Shown: one piece after another, positions 24,824 to 37,651 of the stretch
Layout: each line of letters starts with the position of its first letter
How positions within the stretch are numbered: position 1 is the stretch's first letter
DNA from: Trichoplax adhaerens
Lineage: Eukaryota; Animalia; Placozoa
Length of the DNA stretch: 64,000 bases
Assembly (NCBI RefSeq): GCF_000150275.1
Contig: NW_002060944.1
Span: 9,138,159-9,202,158 of the forward strand
Direction: 5' to 3'
The notes under the pieces: generated by a model
Told to the model about the DNA's origin: nothing
The model's input: only the letters and a program-made list of their open reading frames with translations
Database searches by the model: none
Translations under genes and position numbers: made by a program

Positions 24824-27564
24824 ATGGCTATCAATAAAACTTACGCTGATGGCCAACTTAAATTGTTGGTCGGGGAAACGTAAGTGGTTGGGCAATATCT
24901 TCACTAGCATGCCAATTTGTATGCGTCGATTTATGCATGAGTCTTTGATGTTGAATTAAATCTTTTTTTTAGCATTCTCCTCAATTATAAAGGAGTCGAA
25001 CTAACCTTGGATGGCACTCACCTTCCCAAGGAGTTCCATGGCAATCATAAAGGTGTCGGCTATTTATCCAATTACCGGGTAAGTCGAATGATGGAAAGGA
25101 TATCTGTTGCATCAATGACAAAGTCAGCTAGCCATGATCACCAAGTTGTTGTATGGATAGTCCGCATTGAAAGACATTTCATGACTGTAGACTGTAATAC
25201 AGGACTGGCGACCGTATTGTTGATCAAAACGATCATCTTTTAAATATACAGTACTGTCCAAGTGCCGTAGTTCTTCTACAGAGCAGGAGAACAACATAGC
25301 CATGCTAGACCTGCTTCGCCAAAGCATCAAAACTACAGTAGGATAAGCATGCCTACAAGAGATTGCGTTACAATACAGGACTGACTATCTTATTGCTAAT
25401 AGAAATGATTACCTCAAGTAAAACTGCCATAGTTCTTATACATACTGTAAGGAGAGGACAACAATCACTCAGTTGTTCTACATCTAGAAAAGCATCCTTA
25501 CACAGTATGATAGAAGCGTCTCAGCAAGACAATGCACACTAAATCCAACTGCCTAATGCTATCGTTATTCTCTTCTACTTGATATCTAGATTATTTTTGC
25601 CACAAGTATGAAATCAAACGATCATTTAAGATCGATAGCAATGCCATTTAATTGCTTACGTAATGTTGAGGTAACTTGGACTTACAGCATTGACATGCGA
25701 GAGTATTTGATCGTAGGTTAACACAGTTGACAATGATGATACTGCAGTCATTTATTACATGTGCCATGGAATAGTATCATCATGTTCCTCCAGCAGGCTA
25801 TTATGTTACCTACATTTAAAATTATTATCAATGAATCAAAAGTATAAAATCATTTCTATTCTCATGAACCATTTCCATTGATCAGTATAATGGTTTTACT
25901 TGGCTATAGCGTACCGTAGCATCATGTAGTAGTTGATAATCTACTATAGTAAACAAAGTCATAAACATGTACGATTCCAATCATTTGGACATCTTCAATT
26001 TTACCATATTACGTTCATCTTTACCATTGATCCAAATAGGACAAAAGTAGTTCATGAAGGTGTTTACCGTTGCGAAAGTGACAATAATTACAGTATCATA
26101 GCTGACTGACTGTCAATTGCACACTATATTCTATAGTCAGTCTAATTAATAAAACAAGTAAGATCACTGTCAATACTGTATCGATCCATTTACAGCATGT
26201 TATAAGATGATTCTTTTACTGCTGAAAATGAATCTTTCATCATGATTCAAGTCAAGATAGCAACTCTATCCATCCAATTTAAAATCTGTTTAATGTACTA
26301 TAAAGAAGACTCTCGTATAGATATTGGTAGTTATCAACCACTTTCGAGTATTGCATTCAATGACTGATTTTACTTTATAACTGTATAAACAGTTAAAACA
26401 ACCGATATTTGGATCAAATCATTTACGAGGAACCTGTATTCCGGATCAAGAAGAGAGTATGTATTTACTACTTTGAACCTTATGCAGTACTTTCTATTGT
26501 TGCCAACCTATCCAAAAATGTAGATTGATTTTGTCTTGCAAGTAAATGTTGCTTATACTCGGTAGTACTTTCCACAATTGTAGACTAACTTTGCTAGAAA
26601 ATGACAATAATGATTATTAGACACTATTGCACCCTACTTATGTTGTTGCTCTTTATTTCAAAATAGCCGCATTTCGAGATTCGTTAGATTTCAAGATGTA
26701 CTTTACATCCGGAGGAGCTATTGAATTTGGAACCATGTATACGAGGATGGTTCGCGGAGGTTCGTCATCGATAGTTACCGACATATTCTTGCCTTACAAT
26801 CATGTCCATTTGAATATCACTTATAAAGTGACATTGAATGAATAAATTCGATTTACAGGTGGCACTGTAGCCGCACCGCAACTGTCTGCGATATCTCCAG
26901 CAGTATTAGCTCAGGCACAAGCAGCATATGTATGTAGTACACTAAATTCTATCCATTCATCAAAAGAGCTTCAAACTGCTTATACCTTGTGTGATCGATA
27001 ATGCGTTGCATTGATTTTTCGTAGGGTCCTCGCGGTGGATGCCAATATGTTTATTATCAAGGTGGGGCGACAGCGCCTACAATGAACGCTTATCCTCCAC
27101 CTCCGAATGCAGGTACTAAAATAAGAATTAATAGACTGGCCATTTTCACATCCGCCTTGTACTACTGGAAATGCGAGTGTGAACTTGGCTATTGTCAGTT
27201 TTCATCGTAGATAAGTGCAATATCGCCATCATGATGGCTAATTGAACCATGTAGTCATAGCAGAGATTGATTCCTCTAATGTCTGTTTTACTCAGCTATT
27301 TGAAGATGGAAATTACTCTTAAACTATTGCGTGTATTGACTATCTTACTGTTCTATAGCAGCAATGCCAAATGCCGCAACTGCATATTATTCTCCGTCCA
27401 ATCCAAACAACCTCTACGCACCAACTCAGGGCATGCCGGCAGTAAGTGTCATTAAAATTGATTACACAGCATGGAAATTTTTCTCATTGAATCAACGATC
27501 GTTTCGTCCGTATTAAATGTAGAATCCGCCTGCTTACTCAGAAACTGAAAAGAAAAAAGAGTAA
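24824..27564 (+). CDS. WBP2: WW domain-binding protein 2 (GRAM-like domain plus Pro/Tyr-rich tail), multi-exon
   Basis: Spliced exons MAINKTYADGQLKLLVGE / ILLNYKGVELTLDG...KGVGYLSNYR / LKQPIFGSNHLRG / FKMYFTSGGAIEFG / ... NPPAYSETEKKKE-stop match WBP2 motifs. Confidence 0.92.
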
Positions 27565-29719
27565 CAAAGTAATTGAACTCTTCTTTTGAAACGCCATGAT
27601 AAACGCTGATTGATTTCTTGATAGCAGTAGGTCCGTATGGTTTAGAGATGTAAATACCATTTCACATGATGAAGTAACACAAGATGCCTTTATCAAATGC
27701 ATAATTAGGATTAAAATAATGCAAAGTATGTGCCTCTTAGATATCTATTTAACCTATACGCATACCTGATGTGTGATTTACAAAATCCTAAAAGTATACA
27801 GTATTCTTATTTTAAATATCTTCACTTGTCTCCTCGCAGCCGTTTGGTAAGACTTTACCGCACAATTAGCACAACGCGTTTTATCTACTATACTGATATG
27901 ATGACAACGAATATAAATCAGCGCGCACCATGTAGGGTTGTCTTTCTCGTTGTCTATATTTACTCATATAATGCCAATTTGCTCACAAATAAGGATGTAT
28001 AATATTGTATTTTGGAATGATAGTAATATATGCGAAGCTAACGGAGGGTTTTTATTACTTTTCGAGCTAATATCAAAATAGTGTTGCTTTAGATTACTCG
28101 AAGAGTATTTTAATTTGTCCATTTGATGTTCAAGCGCTGCACTTGAACCACTTCGTCATTGTCAGATAGCTACTGTAGACCTGTACTACAGTTAGCGTTC
28201 CGTTGGATCAGAGTAGCAGTATAATGACACATTTCTCTCAGTTAAATTGACTTCTTTGCTTATGATATCGTCTAAAGTATGACTAAAATTGAATAAATGG
28301 AACGCAGATGTAACATCGAGATGTGTTTTTCCCATTGTGTCACGATTAACATGAATACCAGGATGTGAATTAGCCGGTACTAATTCAAATTTACGGCTAT
28401 CGCTACATATTCCGGATCTTCTACTACTATTCATTCTATTTCACTGGCAATTGATTACAGTTAGTATTGATCGTAGATAGCGTACGATTGCAGATAAATG
28501 GTACAGTTAAAATGATGAGGAAATATTTGGAGTATACTATACGACCATTTCGTGTCTATCTCTCTTTTTACTACTGTATTCATACTACCATCGTAGGGCC
28601 ATTTTGTATATACGTCCATTGAATAGAAGGGTATCTAATGAGTTTAAAGATTAATTATTATTGACCTAGTCTTCAAAAATTAACGTGTAATTCATTCATT
28701 TACGAATCAATTTCAGAGCTAGTCATGAAAGTATCAGTACTGTAAATAGACTAACAAAAAAAGAGAAATTGTACGGATTCCTAAATGTCCCATTGGCATA
28801 ATCATGACTGTATGCTGTACTGGCAGTACTGGGTATTATGTCCGCCAGAAAAGAATCCGCGGAAATCACTCAATATCAGTGCAATCATTCTGAATTTTGA
28901 CTGAGATGACTATTCGTATACTGTAGTACACTTACTACAGCATGTACTGTATTCCATCCTATTTAGATGCCATACACTGATCAAATTATATCGAAAGATA
29001 GTTGTGCCGAGTTCGTAAATTGATTTTCATCATTTGTGAATGCTATATTGAAATCGAAAATGCTTGCACTCGGAATCCTGTTTTACAACTCCAGTAGAAG
29101 AATATTTCGATTTGAACTACTAGTACTGTATTGTATTGACTATGGAGGTGTTGTAAATCACTCGCTGAGTCATGGAAAGTGGACACGGTAGTAATTTCTA
29201 GTGCTGTTTTTACACAAGTCGATGACTGAGTTAGGAACTACTCAACCATTTTCTCCCTATATTCCTCACTGCCCCTTAGCCAAACTCTGTTCTTCCATAC
29301 TGTTCCTGTTACTGCCGCTACTCATACAAAAAACTCCTTTCTCTGGGTGAGTAACGGCATGGAAAGAACAGACATTTCATCTCGTCTAAAATATTTATGC
29401 CAAATACTGTTCTACTATTACGGATCAGCTTACACGGACGATTTAAATATTGTAATAAAAGCAGCTTTTTATCTTAAGTTCATAGGTCTAACTTTATTAT
29501 GGTTTAGTAAACTTATGCAGAATAAGACATAGTCTGCCGCATTACATAAGCTATCTTATTGATCTAAAATTCTGCTTGGAAAAAGCCTCTATAAGATCAT
29601 CAATGTGATTGAAATTAGTACCAATGATTTAGAAAACCGACACGGGCAAGATCCAGACTAAGTCGTCATTTTTCGACATTGACGATCTCCCATTGATTTA
29701 CTGTAATTAATTAATAATC

Positions 29720-30462
29720 AAAAAATCTCCATCCGTCTGAGGGAGGATCAGTCCAGGTCTTCTTTGCTACGAGTCCATGAGTGTTTTACACCACAGTTCA
29801 ATACTGTCCGTTACAATAAAAAGTCCATCCGTCTGAGAGAGAGGACTGGTTCAGGACTCCAGCCTCTAGGTCTTCTTCTAGGCGTCCATGAATGTTACAC
29901 CACAGTTCGATACTGTCCGTTACAGTAAAAAAGTCCATCCGTCTGAGAGTGGACTAGTGCAGGTCTTCTTCTAGGAGTCCATGACTGTGTTACTCAGAAC
30001 TTCCACCACAGCTCAGTACTGTCCGTTAAAATAGAATAAAATACTACAATAAAATAAAAAAATATAGTGGCATATCGTTAATTTTGCCTAAAATAAAATA
30101 AAGACTAAATTACTGTTTTGCCACTGTATAGTTTCATAATTACTAATATGCCATTGGAAATTTCAGTAATTTACTAATATGCCATTATAGTCATGAAAAA
30201 GTCCATCCGTCTGAGGGAGGACTGGTCCAAGTCTTCTTTGTAGGATTCTATAACTGTGTTCCACTCAACTTCCACCACAGCTCAGTACAGTACTGTCCGT
30301 TAAAATAAAAAAAGTCCATCCGTCTGAGGGAGGACCGGTCCAAGTCTTCTTTGTAGGATTCTATGACTATGTTCCACTCAACTTCCACCACAGCTCAGTA
30401 CAGTACTGTCCATTAAAATAAAAAAAAGTCCATCCGTCTGAGGGAGGACCGGTCCAGGTCTC
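29720..30462. repeat. Six degenerate copies of a ~95-115 bp unit upstream of RPL21 (two groups of three)
   Basis: (G)TCCATCCGTCTGAG at ~29728, 29823, 29933, 30201, 30314 and 30428, most followed by GGAC.GGTCCA.GTCTTC and CACCACAG...TACTGTCC. Confidence 0.95.
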
Positions 30463-30738
30463 ACAGTCCACTACTGGACCAGAATGCCGTATCTCCCTGG
30501 CGTCCACGTGATCAACTCATTTACATACACCACATGACATGAGCAGAAAAATCGACTTGCTGGAGTTTTCGACGATCTCTTCGTTGTATAGTAACTTGTG
30601 TAGAGGATAGGAACTAGTCGAGCTAAAAGGTAAAATGCTTTCTCCTTGTCTTTTCTGACTATTTTATGCTTAAAATGATGATTTCATGTTGCTGGTGATT
30701 CACTTAAACATTCATTTTACCCTTTGATCATTAAATAG

Positions 30739-32180
30739 ATGGGGAAAACTCACGGTTATCGTCGCGGAACACGTTATATGTTCTCTGCCGCTTTCAGGAA
30801 ACGCGGTATGAGCTAGTAGTGGTCAACATGGCGATCCATGAATGTGTTATACTAGAATAGAAAGACGATTGATAGTTGACATGATCTTGTTCATAATAAG
30901 ACTAATTGAACTTAAATCCTTTTAGGCGTCATTCCACTCTCTACGTATTTGAAAACGTACAAAGTTGGCGATATCGTAGATATCAAGGTATGTTCTTTTT
31001 TCACCCATAGTCTTGATATAGCAGATAGACGCGATACATGTACTATAGTCTTAAAAAGAGTACTGGCGTCTTGGCTGTTGAAAGGAATCGTGCGCTTCCT
31101 TAAGTCCTGTTCCTTTCCGATAATTTACTCGAGTTTTAGTTTAGCCAGTACTCACCAGTAATCAAGGATCGTATATTGTACACTTTAGTCTTAGTAGTAG
31201 AGTTGGGGTTTAGCCAGTGCTCATGAGTAATCAATCATCGGACAGTATACTGTACACTACGCTTTAGTCTTCTTACTTTTTGAATAATCAACAGGCTAAT
31301 CTACTGGAGAGAGCATTAGACTCCCCCAACTATTACTGACGGAAGCAACAGCAGCCGTAATAATACTAAATATGATGGATTGCTTGTTATAGGGAAAAGG
31401 TTCCGTCCAACTTGGTATGCCACATAAATGCTATCATGGTAAAACTGGCCGTGTATTCAATGTTACTAAGCGCGCTGTTGGTGTCATCGTCAATAAGCAA
31501 GTCAGGTAAGATTGACAAGATTGCTAGCTATTAGCTAGCAAGCTATGCATACCATTTCACTTGTCGACAGAAACGCAAAAGTCTACACTCAGTCAAAACT
31601 ATCTTTTCGTGTTAATGGAAGATAAATGTGCAATACAATTAACCTCTATTCGCTCTTCTTTAGAAATCGCATTATGCCCAAGAGGATCAATGTTCGTATC
31701 GAGCACATTAGTCATTCCAAATGTCGCGATGACTTTTTACGGTAAAATACGACGTCATGCCTGTATGCTTGTATGGACAGTATAGTCAATGCATTGCATC
31801 TTGATGAATTTTTAATGCTTGTGTATTGATATTAGTCGTGTAAAAGAGAACGAACGCTTAAGAAAGGATGCAGCTGCGAAAGGAGAAAGAGTTGACCTTA
31901 AGCGTAAGGTAAGCTAGTCAATGCGCAATAGAAAAGGATGTTAATCATACGTCTGCTAAAAGTATACTTTGAAAGTAGAGACTCTTGTGTCAGTGGATCA
32001 ATTACTGTCGCCCAGTTAAACGATAACATGGATTTATATTATCATCTCAAAGTGTACGTTATCAACTAAACATGCTGTTATTGCTTGCTGTAGCCTAAAG
32101 CCCCTAAAGGAGCACAAACGGTTATCGCAGAATCCGAACCTGAAGTTCTTCGAGCTCTTCCTTATCAATTTATTGCATAA
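30739..32180 (+). CDS. RPL21: 60S ribosomal protein L21 (eL21), 6 coding exons, 159 aa
   Basis: Exons 30739-30805, 30926-30987, 31393-31505, 31664-31741, 31836-31908, 32094-32180 total 480 nt; [47 protein letters not shown]; AATAAA at 32202. Confidence 0.98.
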
Positions 32181-32846
32181 ACTTGATCCATGAACTAATT
32201 CAATAAATATTCAATTACTTAAAACTTTTTATTGTTTGTTCTGAATTAGCAAATGCACACTTGATTGCAGAATCAGTGTGCAGCCTAGTTTTAATCTCCA
32301 GATTATACTTTGGCCATGGCATTTTAGTAATTTCTTTACAGTTGGTATTAGTAGATTTTAATCCGTAAAAATTGCATATACCGTCATAGTTTGGCAAACA
32401 AACAGCAAAACAAGGTTGCATTAAGCCGGGCTTAGCCTTACATTTGGAAACGCAAGACTAATAGCACAATTTGTTATTTCCATATCCAATTTTATCTAAC
32501 CCGCTACCATTTAATACACATTCTAAGTCACTGTAGCAACGGTTGCACTTAATTAATTATATTACCAAGTGCAAACGATTGAATGTTACGTACTTAGGTT
32601 AGGAAATCAGTTGTAGTTGCATACAATATTATACAAACATATCCTAGCAACTAACTCGGTGTGCGGAACAATTGAAGACCGTATAAATTTCGAAAATACA
32701 AAGTCAATACTAGCTCAGCCTGATGACTCACTGCATACGAGAAATTTTTATAACATTAGTAGGAGTAAATAAGCTACAACCATTACCAACTATATTCGAC
32801 TGAGGCTTAGCACTGTATAGTAAAGGCTAGTCGTTGGTGAACTTCA

Positions 32847-35800
32847 TCATGATCTAGGCAAGTTGCACATTTCACAGGCTTCGTCATTACGAGCATTTAT
32901 GAATGTGCAATGCTGACACGACCAAGATGTAGCTGCCTTCGGGAGATTATCTTGTGGAGGACCTATCCATTTTAAAAGTTGCGAATAAAGTCTTAGTGAT
33001 TATGATGAAAACTGCACATAACTAGCAGGTAAACTAATCGACATACAACACAGTAGATATGCATACGTAGAAAATAGTACGAGAAGTGAGTCCTCGCTAC
33101 TTTTACAATACATCGTATTTCCTATAATGGTTCAAAACTCACCATTAGCTTTCATTAGTTGTTCTACCGTTTGCCACGCTTTACTTCTTTTAAAATGTAT
33201 AGCTTCTAAAGCAGATTCTTGTTTTACTGCCGTTGCAAGAGGTTGCAAATCCTGTAAGAATTAATATAAGATTGTTAAAAGTAGGTCGACCGCACATTAT
33301 GCTACCCAATATACGTATGAAAATTTTACAAACATACAGATGGTTTACCACACAATAAATCATTACACTCAGCCGGATCAGTCGACATTTTTATTACAAA
33401 CGGCTATATACCTCTAATTTTATTATTTCCGTTTTTACCAAATAAGTAAGGAAGTGGAAATCGGAAGCCATTTCCAAAAATTTACCATCCATATGTTGCT
33501 CGGCATACTTTGCTAGAACATTAAAGTTCTAAAGGGGGTAAAAGGTAACCATCAGGTAGCAAATAGTAATAGCTTTCAGTAATATACACAGTACAAACTT
33601 GCAATCTGTACTATTCAATGAGTTGACATTAGTACTATCTATAAAGTTGGCAAAAGACATTACAGCAATTACCTGTGGTTGACCGATATTATCTCTATTT
33701 TCAATAGGAAATTGATCATCTAATTTATCCAATAGGAACTTCATATTCTTAGGGAATCCATTAGGAACCTGAGATATGTCAATTACAGTTGTAATAAATC
33801 AACTATAGAGCATCATCGATAATATAAAAATACGTTAGTAAGATGCCTTACATCAATTAATAAATATTCGACAGGTAAAGGCCTTCCTAACGCTAATTTT
33901 TCATTGTTATATTCATCTTTCATCTGTTAAAAATAGACGTCTTTCACAACGCAGACACTATTTTTCATCTGTATTGAACGTTTATTTGCAAACCTTATAA
34001 AATACATCAGGAACATATTGAATATTTGTTGAATTTCTCACATACGCCAGTGTTGGATCATCTCTAGTAGGTACTAAGCAATTATCACGAACCAAGGACA
34101 TACATTGATTTGAAACCTATTATAAATAAATTGATTCACTATTCAACAACGCATCATCTACGTATCTCTATTTTATGGAATATAAATAAACCAAATTTGT
34201 CACTGAGATTTATAATCAGTCACTACCTACCTGATAACCATGTATGTCAATGGAATCATTGCAGTCACCTATTTGATCGAACGAAAGCGTTTACGATTGT
34301 CATAAAATGAAATACATGTCGCAAAAGTTTTAAACCAACAGCTGGGCACCAGGTAGTTGTAAAATTGCACACAACTATTCAAATTACATAAATCTTAAAT
34401 CTCATTACCTGACACTATCACTGTTACAAATTTTGAACCAAAGTATTTGTCCCTTGCATACTTGCACGGATTAGGATGAGCATTTTGGAAAGCGGCAGCC
34501 ATGATACATTCTTCAGCCGACATTAGATGCATATCGACACCTCTAGTATGCTGTACCGTTCCTTTATGCACATCTTTAGGTAACAGGTCTGTTACAATCC
34601 AGCCAACCTTATTTTAATCAAATTATCCTTAGTTAAAAATAGTCGTCAAACTTTCAGTGACTCATAGCAAGCGTTTGTTATGCGATTGAAACCTTTCTTA
34701 ATCCTAATATCTTAGCGACTGCATCAACGGTATCCGCTTGTGCGTCTTCCAGTAATTGAATAGAATTCTTAGTATTCTTTTGTGGGGGTTCATAGATGGC
34801 AACAACCACCGTTTTAATGCCTAATGGTACGTCTTTATGAGGATCGTAATATCCGTAAAGATATCCTAATCGCTTTTTTGTTTTAAGAAAGTTACAAAGG
34901 TTACAGGCGATGACTTATCCAAAAGTGGTAAGATAATCACTTTCAAAATTCTTACTTGACAGCCACAACTTCTCCAGTAATTTAAAAAATTCTCCATAAT
35001 TTTAGAATTTTGAAACATTACATAGTCTATATGTCGATAACTCTACAAAGCCAATAAAATCAGTACAGTTATGAGTTCGTTCCATTTTAATAATTAATCA
35101 AACGTATAAATGCCCATCATTGACGAACTTGTCTATTCAGAGTAATGGCGTTAGGTTGGCATTTTGTACAGATACCATTAGGCCATGGTGGATGTTCTTT
35201 ACAACCAGGCGTAATTGTGCATACGACATTCTCCAACATGGTAAATTTTCCCCTGTGGTAATCATTGTATTTTGTCAAATTTACTCAGTAAGTTTATCAT
35301 TTGATACAGAAATAGAAGTAGGGAATATTTACTTGTCGACACCAGATCGAAGCTTTCTGATGTAAGAATGAAATGATAAATGTTTGATCGGCGGTTCTAG
35401 CTTGCTTAAATATTCTTCATCAAAAGGCTAGTAATAAAATTAGAAAACATATTGAATTAATTAACTTAGGACGTTAATATTGTCATTTATATCATAGAAT
35501 ACATGCATTTTTCATTTTTAATGCAGTACATACTTCTAAAGGTGAGCAGTGAATGCACTTTCCCATTGGACCATGTCGGCATCTAGTAGTTTATAAGGTA
35601 AGAATAATTTCTTAATCTATTATTCAGTATTATACACAAGTGTATTCTATGCGAAAAAATAATACAGATATGTTTCTTTCTTATTCTGTAAAGGGATAGC
35701 TGATTCGTTTACGTATGCTATCAACCAATGTTGCACTAAATTTACACATAATGTTTTAGCTTACAACTGTGGGTGCCTTTTTCGATGAATTAGTCCGTCC

Positions 35801-37651
35801 TCTTTACTTAATAAGATATCAACTTCGTCCTGTAAAACTTCAGAATTGCCAAACAAAGTAGTTGTGTTGTTAACAGCAGCTGCAGCTGAGTCTGTAGTAT
35901 CCATACATTCGTCTGGATCCATAGAAGAACAAGCAGCTGGTTCTTCGTGTAATAATAATAGGTCGCCATGCCTAAGATTAGAGACAAATTGATAACGTTT
36001 AAAGCTGTTGCATGGACAAAAGCATCCTCGTTTTCAGGTGATTTTTGTTGTTATCTGTACTGAGGGTTATTAACTAGCTAAATAAGTTGCATGAATGCTG
36101 TAATAGCGTAAGTTGTAAAGAATGTTCTAATCTATACGATCCATGGATTAATGCCTGGATAGGAGATATATGACTACAACTTGTGCAAGGTAGTGAATAA
36201 TAATGGCAGGCTTTAATAATTATTGTCGGTAGTACGAGTATTTACTTTATGCCAATCGAAGTCAAGGTTTTCCTAGAATTTGCAATTCGATGGTTTTTCT
36301 GACGATCTTTATATAAGGACCAGCCCACAGTTGATAAATTGAGACTATTTCTGACCTAAGTAGATAAAATAGAGGAATTGTTGTAAATGTTGAATTTAAG
36401 ACTTGGCTATAACGACGTATTGCTATATTCAGGCGTTAGCACTGTAAGAGGACGGACGACCACGTTGACCATCATTGAAAGGCTTTTATTTTATTAATTT
36501 AATTGAATTGGCAGGTTAAACTGGCGTAATGCCATCACTTGTACTTGGTTGGTGCTTTGCAGTACTTAATTTTGATACGCGTCCATAATGGACACTAGAC
36601 TATGTTATACAATCTACAGTACAGTAAGCTAAATTAATTCTTGCATTCATCAAGTTGAAACGTTTGATATATAACGTGTTGGATCAGAATGATTGCCATC
36701 GCAGTCAGCCTGCTGATATAGACGTATTTAGGTACAATTTACTTAGCAATGGCTCGCACGCTAGTCAATGAAAGTTGGACAGTTTCATGTTCAATCGAGT
36801 GAGCCTACGATCTTAATGGTGACCAAAATCAAGATGGAAAATTTTGATAGCAGTTTATGTGTTGAGGTATCAAGGAATGGCTGGATAGTAAGAAACTATT
36901 TCATACCGCATGGAATGGCAATAACGTTATAATCATTTAAGGAATATTTGCATTTTCTTAAGGTCGCTATTAAGAGGATGCTGAGGCTGGACCGTCAACA
37001 TGCACGCTTTAGAGCCGTGTAAATCAACTAACATAACTGATTGACGTTGCAGTAGCTAACTTGACTGTTGATTGTCAATACACGGCTACAAGAATCTCTT
37101 CGAGTAGCAGCAGATTGTAATTGGATTCTACGTCAAAGAGTAACATTCTTTCTTACCTCATTTAAGAAATGACCAACACTGGAAGTCGGTGGAATCTGAA
37201 TACGTTTGGTGCCTTCCTTCGACTGTATTCTGACAATCTATGGATAATAGCATTGGAATGGAATAACTTAATACGCGGGTACAGTCTCCTGTAGGAAATG
37301 TTATTTTTTCAGTTCTACAGCATGCTACTTTCAAGAAGTGATGAAATAGTAGTCAAACTTTGATCAATTTACTATCCAGACTAGCATCAATAATGTTACA
37401 ACATCGCTCTGCATTGGTATAACATGATGTAATCCTACAATCAATGGATCAATGCAACGTTGAAGTCTACTTGTATGCATGCCTATGATAGAATTGCAGT
37501 CATTCCTGTACTATAAGGTGATTTTACCGGCGCTACCTATGCTGATGATAATAGCCAGTCATTGGTGTTGTGTATTGATGATGACTAAGTAACTATTGAG
37601 GTAGTTCTCTGCAGTATCGTTGATCTGACTTACAATAGAATTTTGCGCCAT
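32847..37651 (-). CDS. NPLOC4: Nuclear protein localization 4 (p97/VCP-UFD1 cofactor), multi-exon
   Basis: MAQNSI / IVRIQSKEGTKRIQI N-terminus, CRHGPMGKCIHC, HPPWPNGICTKCQPNAITLNRQ, IYEPPQ, GWIVTDL, GRPLPVEYLLID, and a C-terminal NZF finger WSCQHCTFIN..CEMCNLPRS-stop. Confidence 0.95.

Noticed and set aside
28192-28434. 80-aa ATG ORF between WBP2 and RPL21
   Set aside because: No homology recognised and no convincing exon chain; cannot be excluded without RNA-seq.
30672-30735. C/D snoRNA candidate (ATGATGA) in the RPL21 5'UTR intron
   Set aside because: D box is TTGA rather than CTGA and it overlaps the acceptor region.
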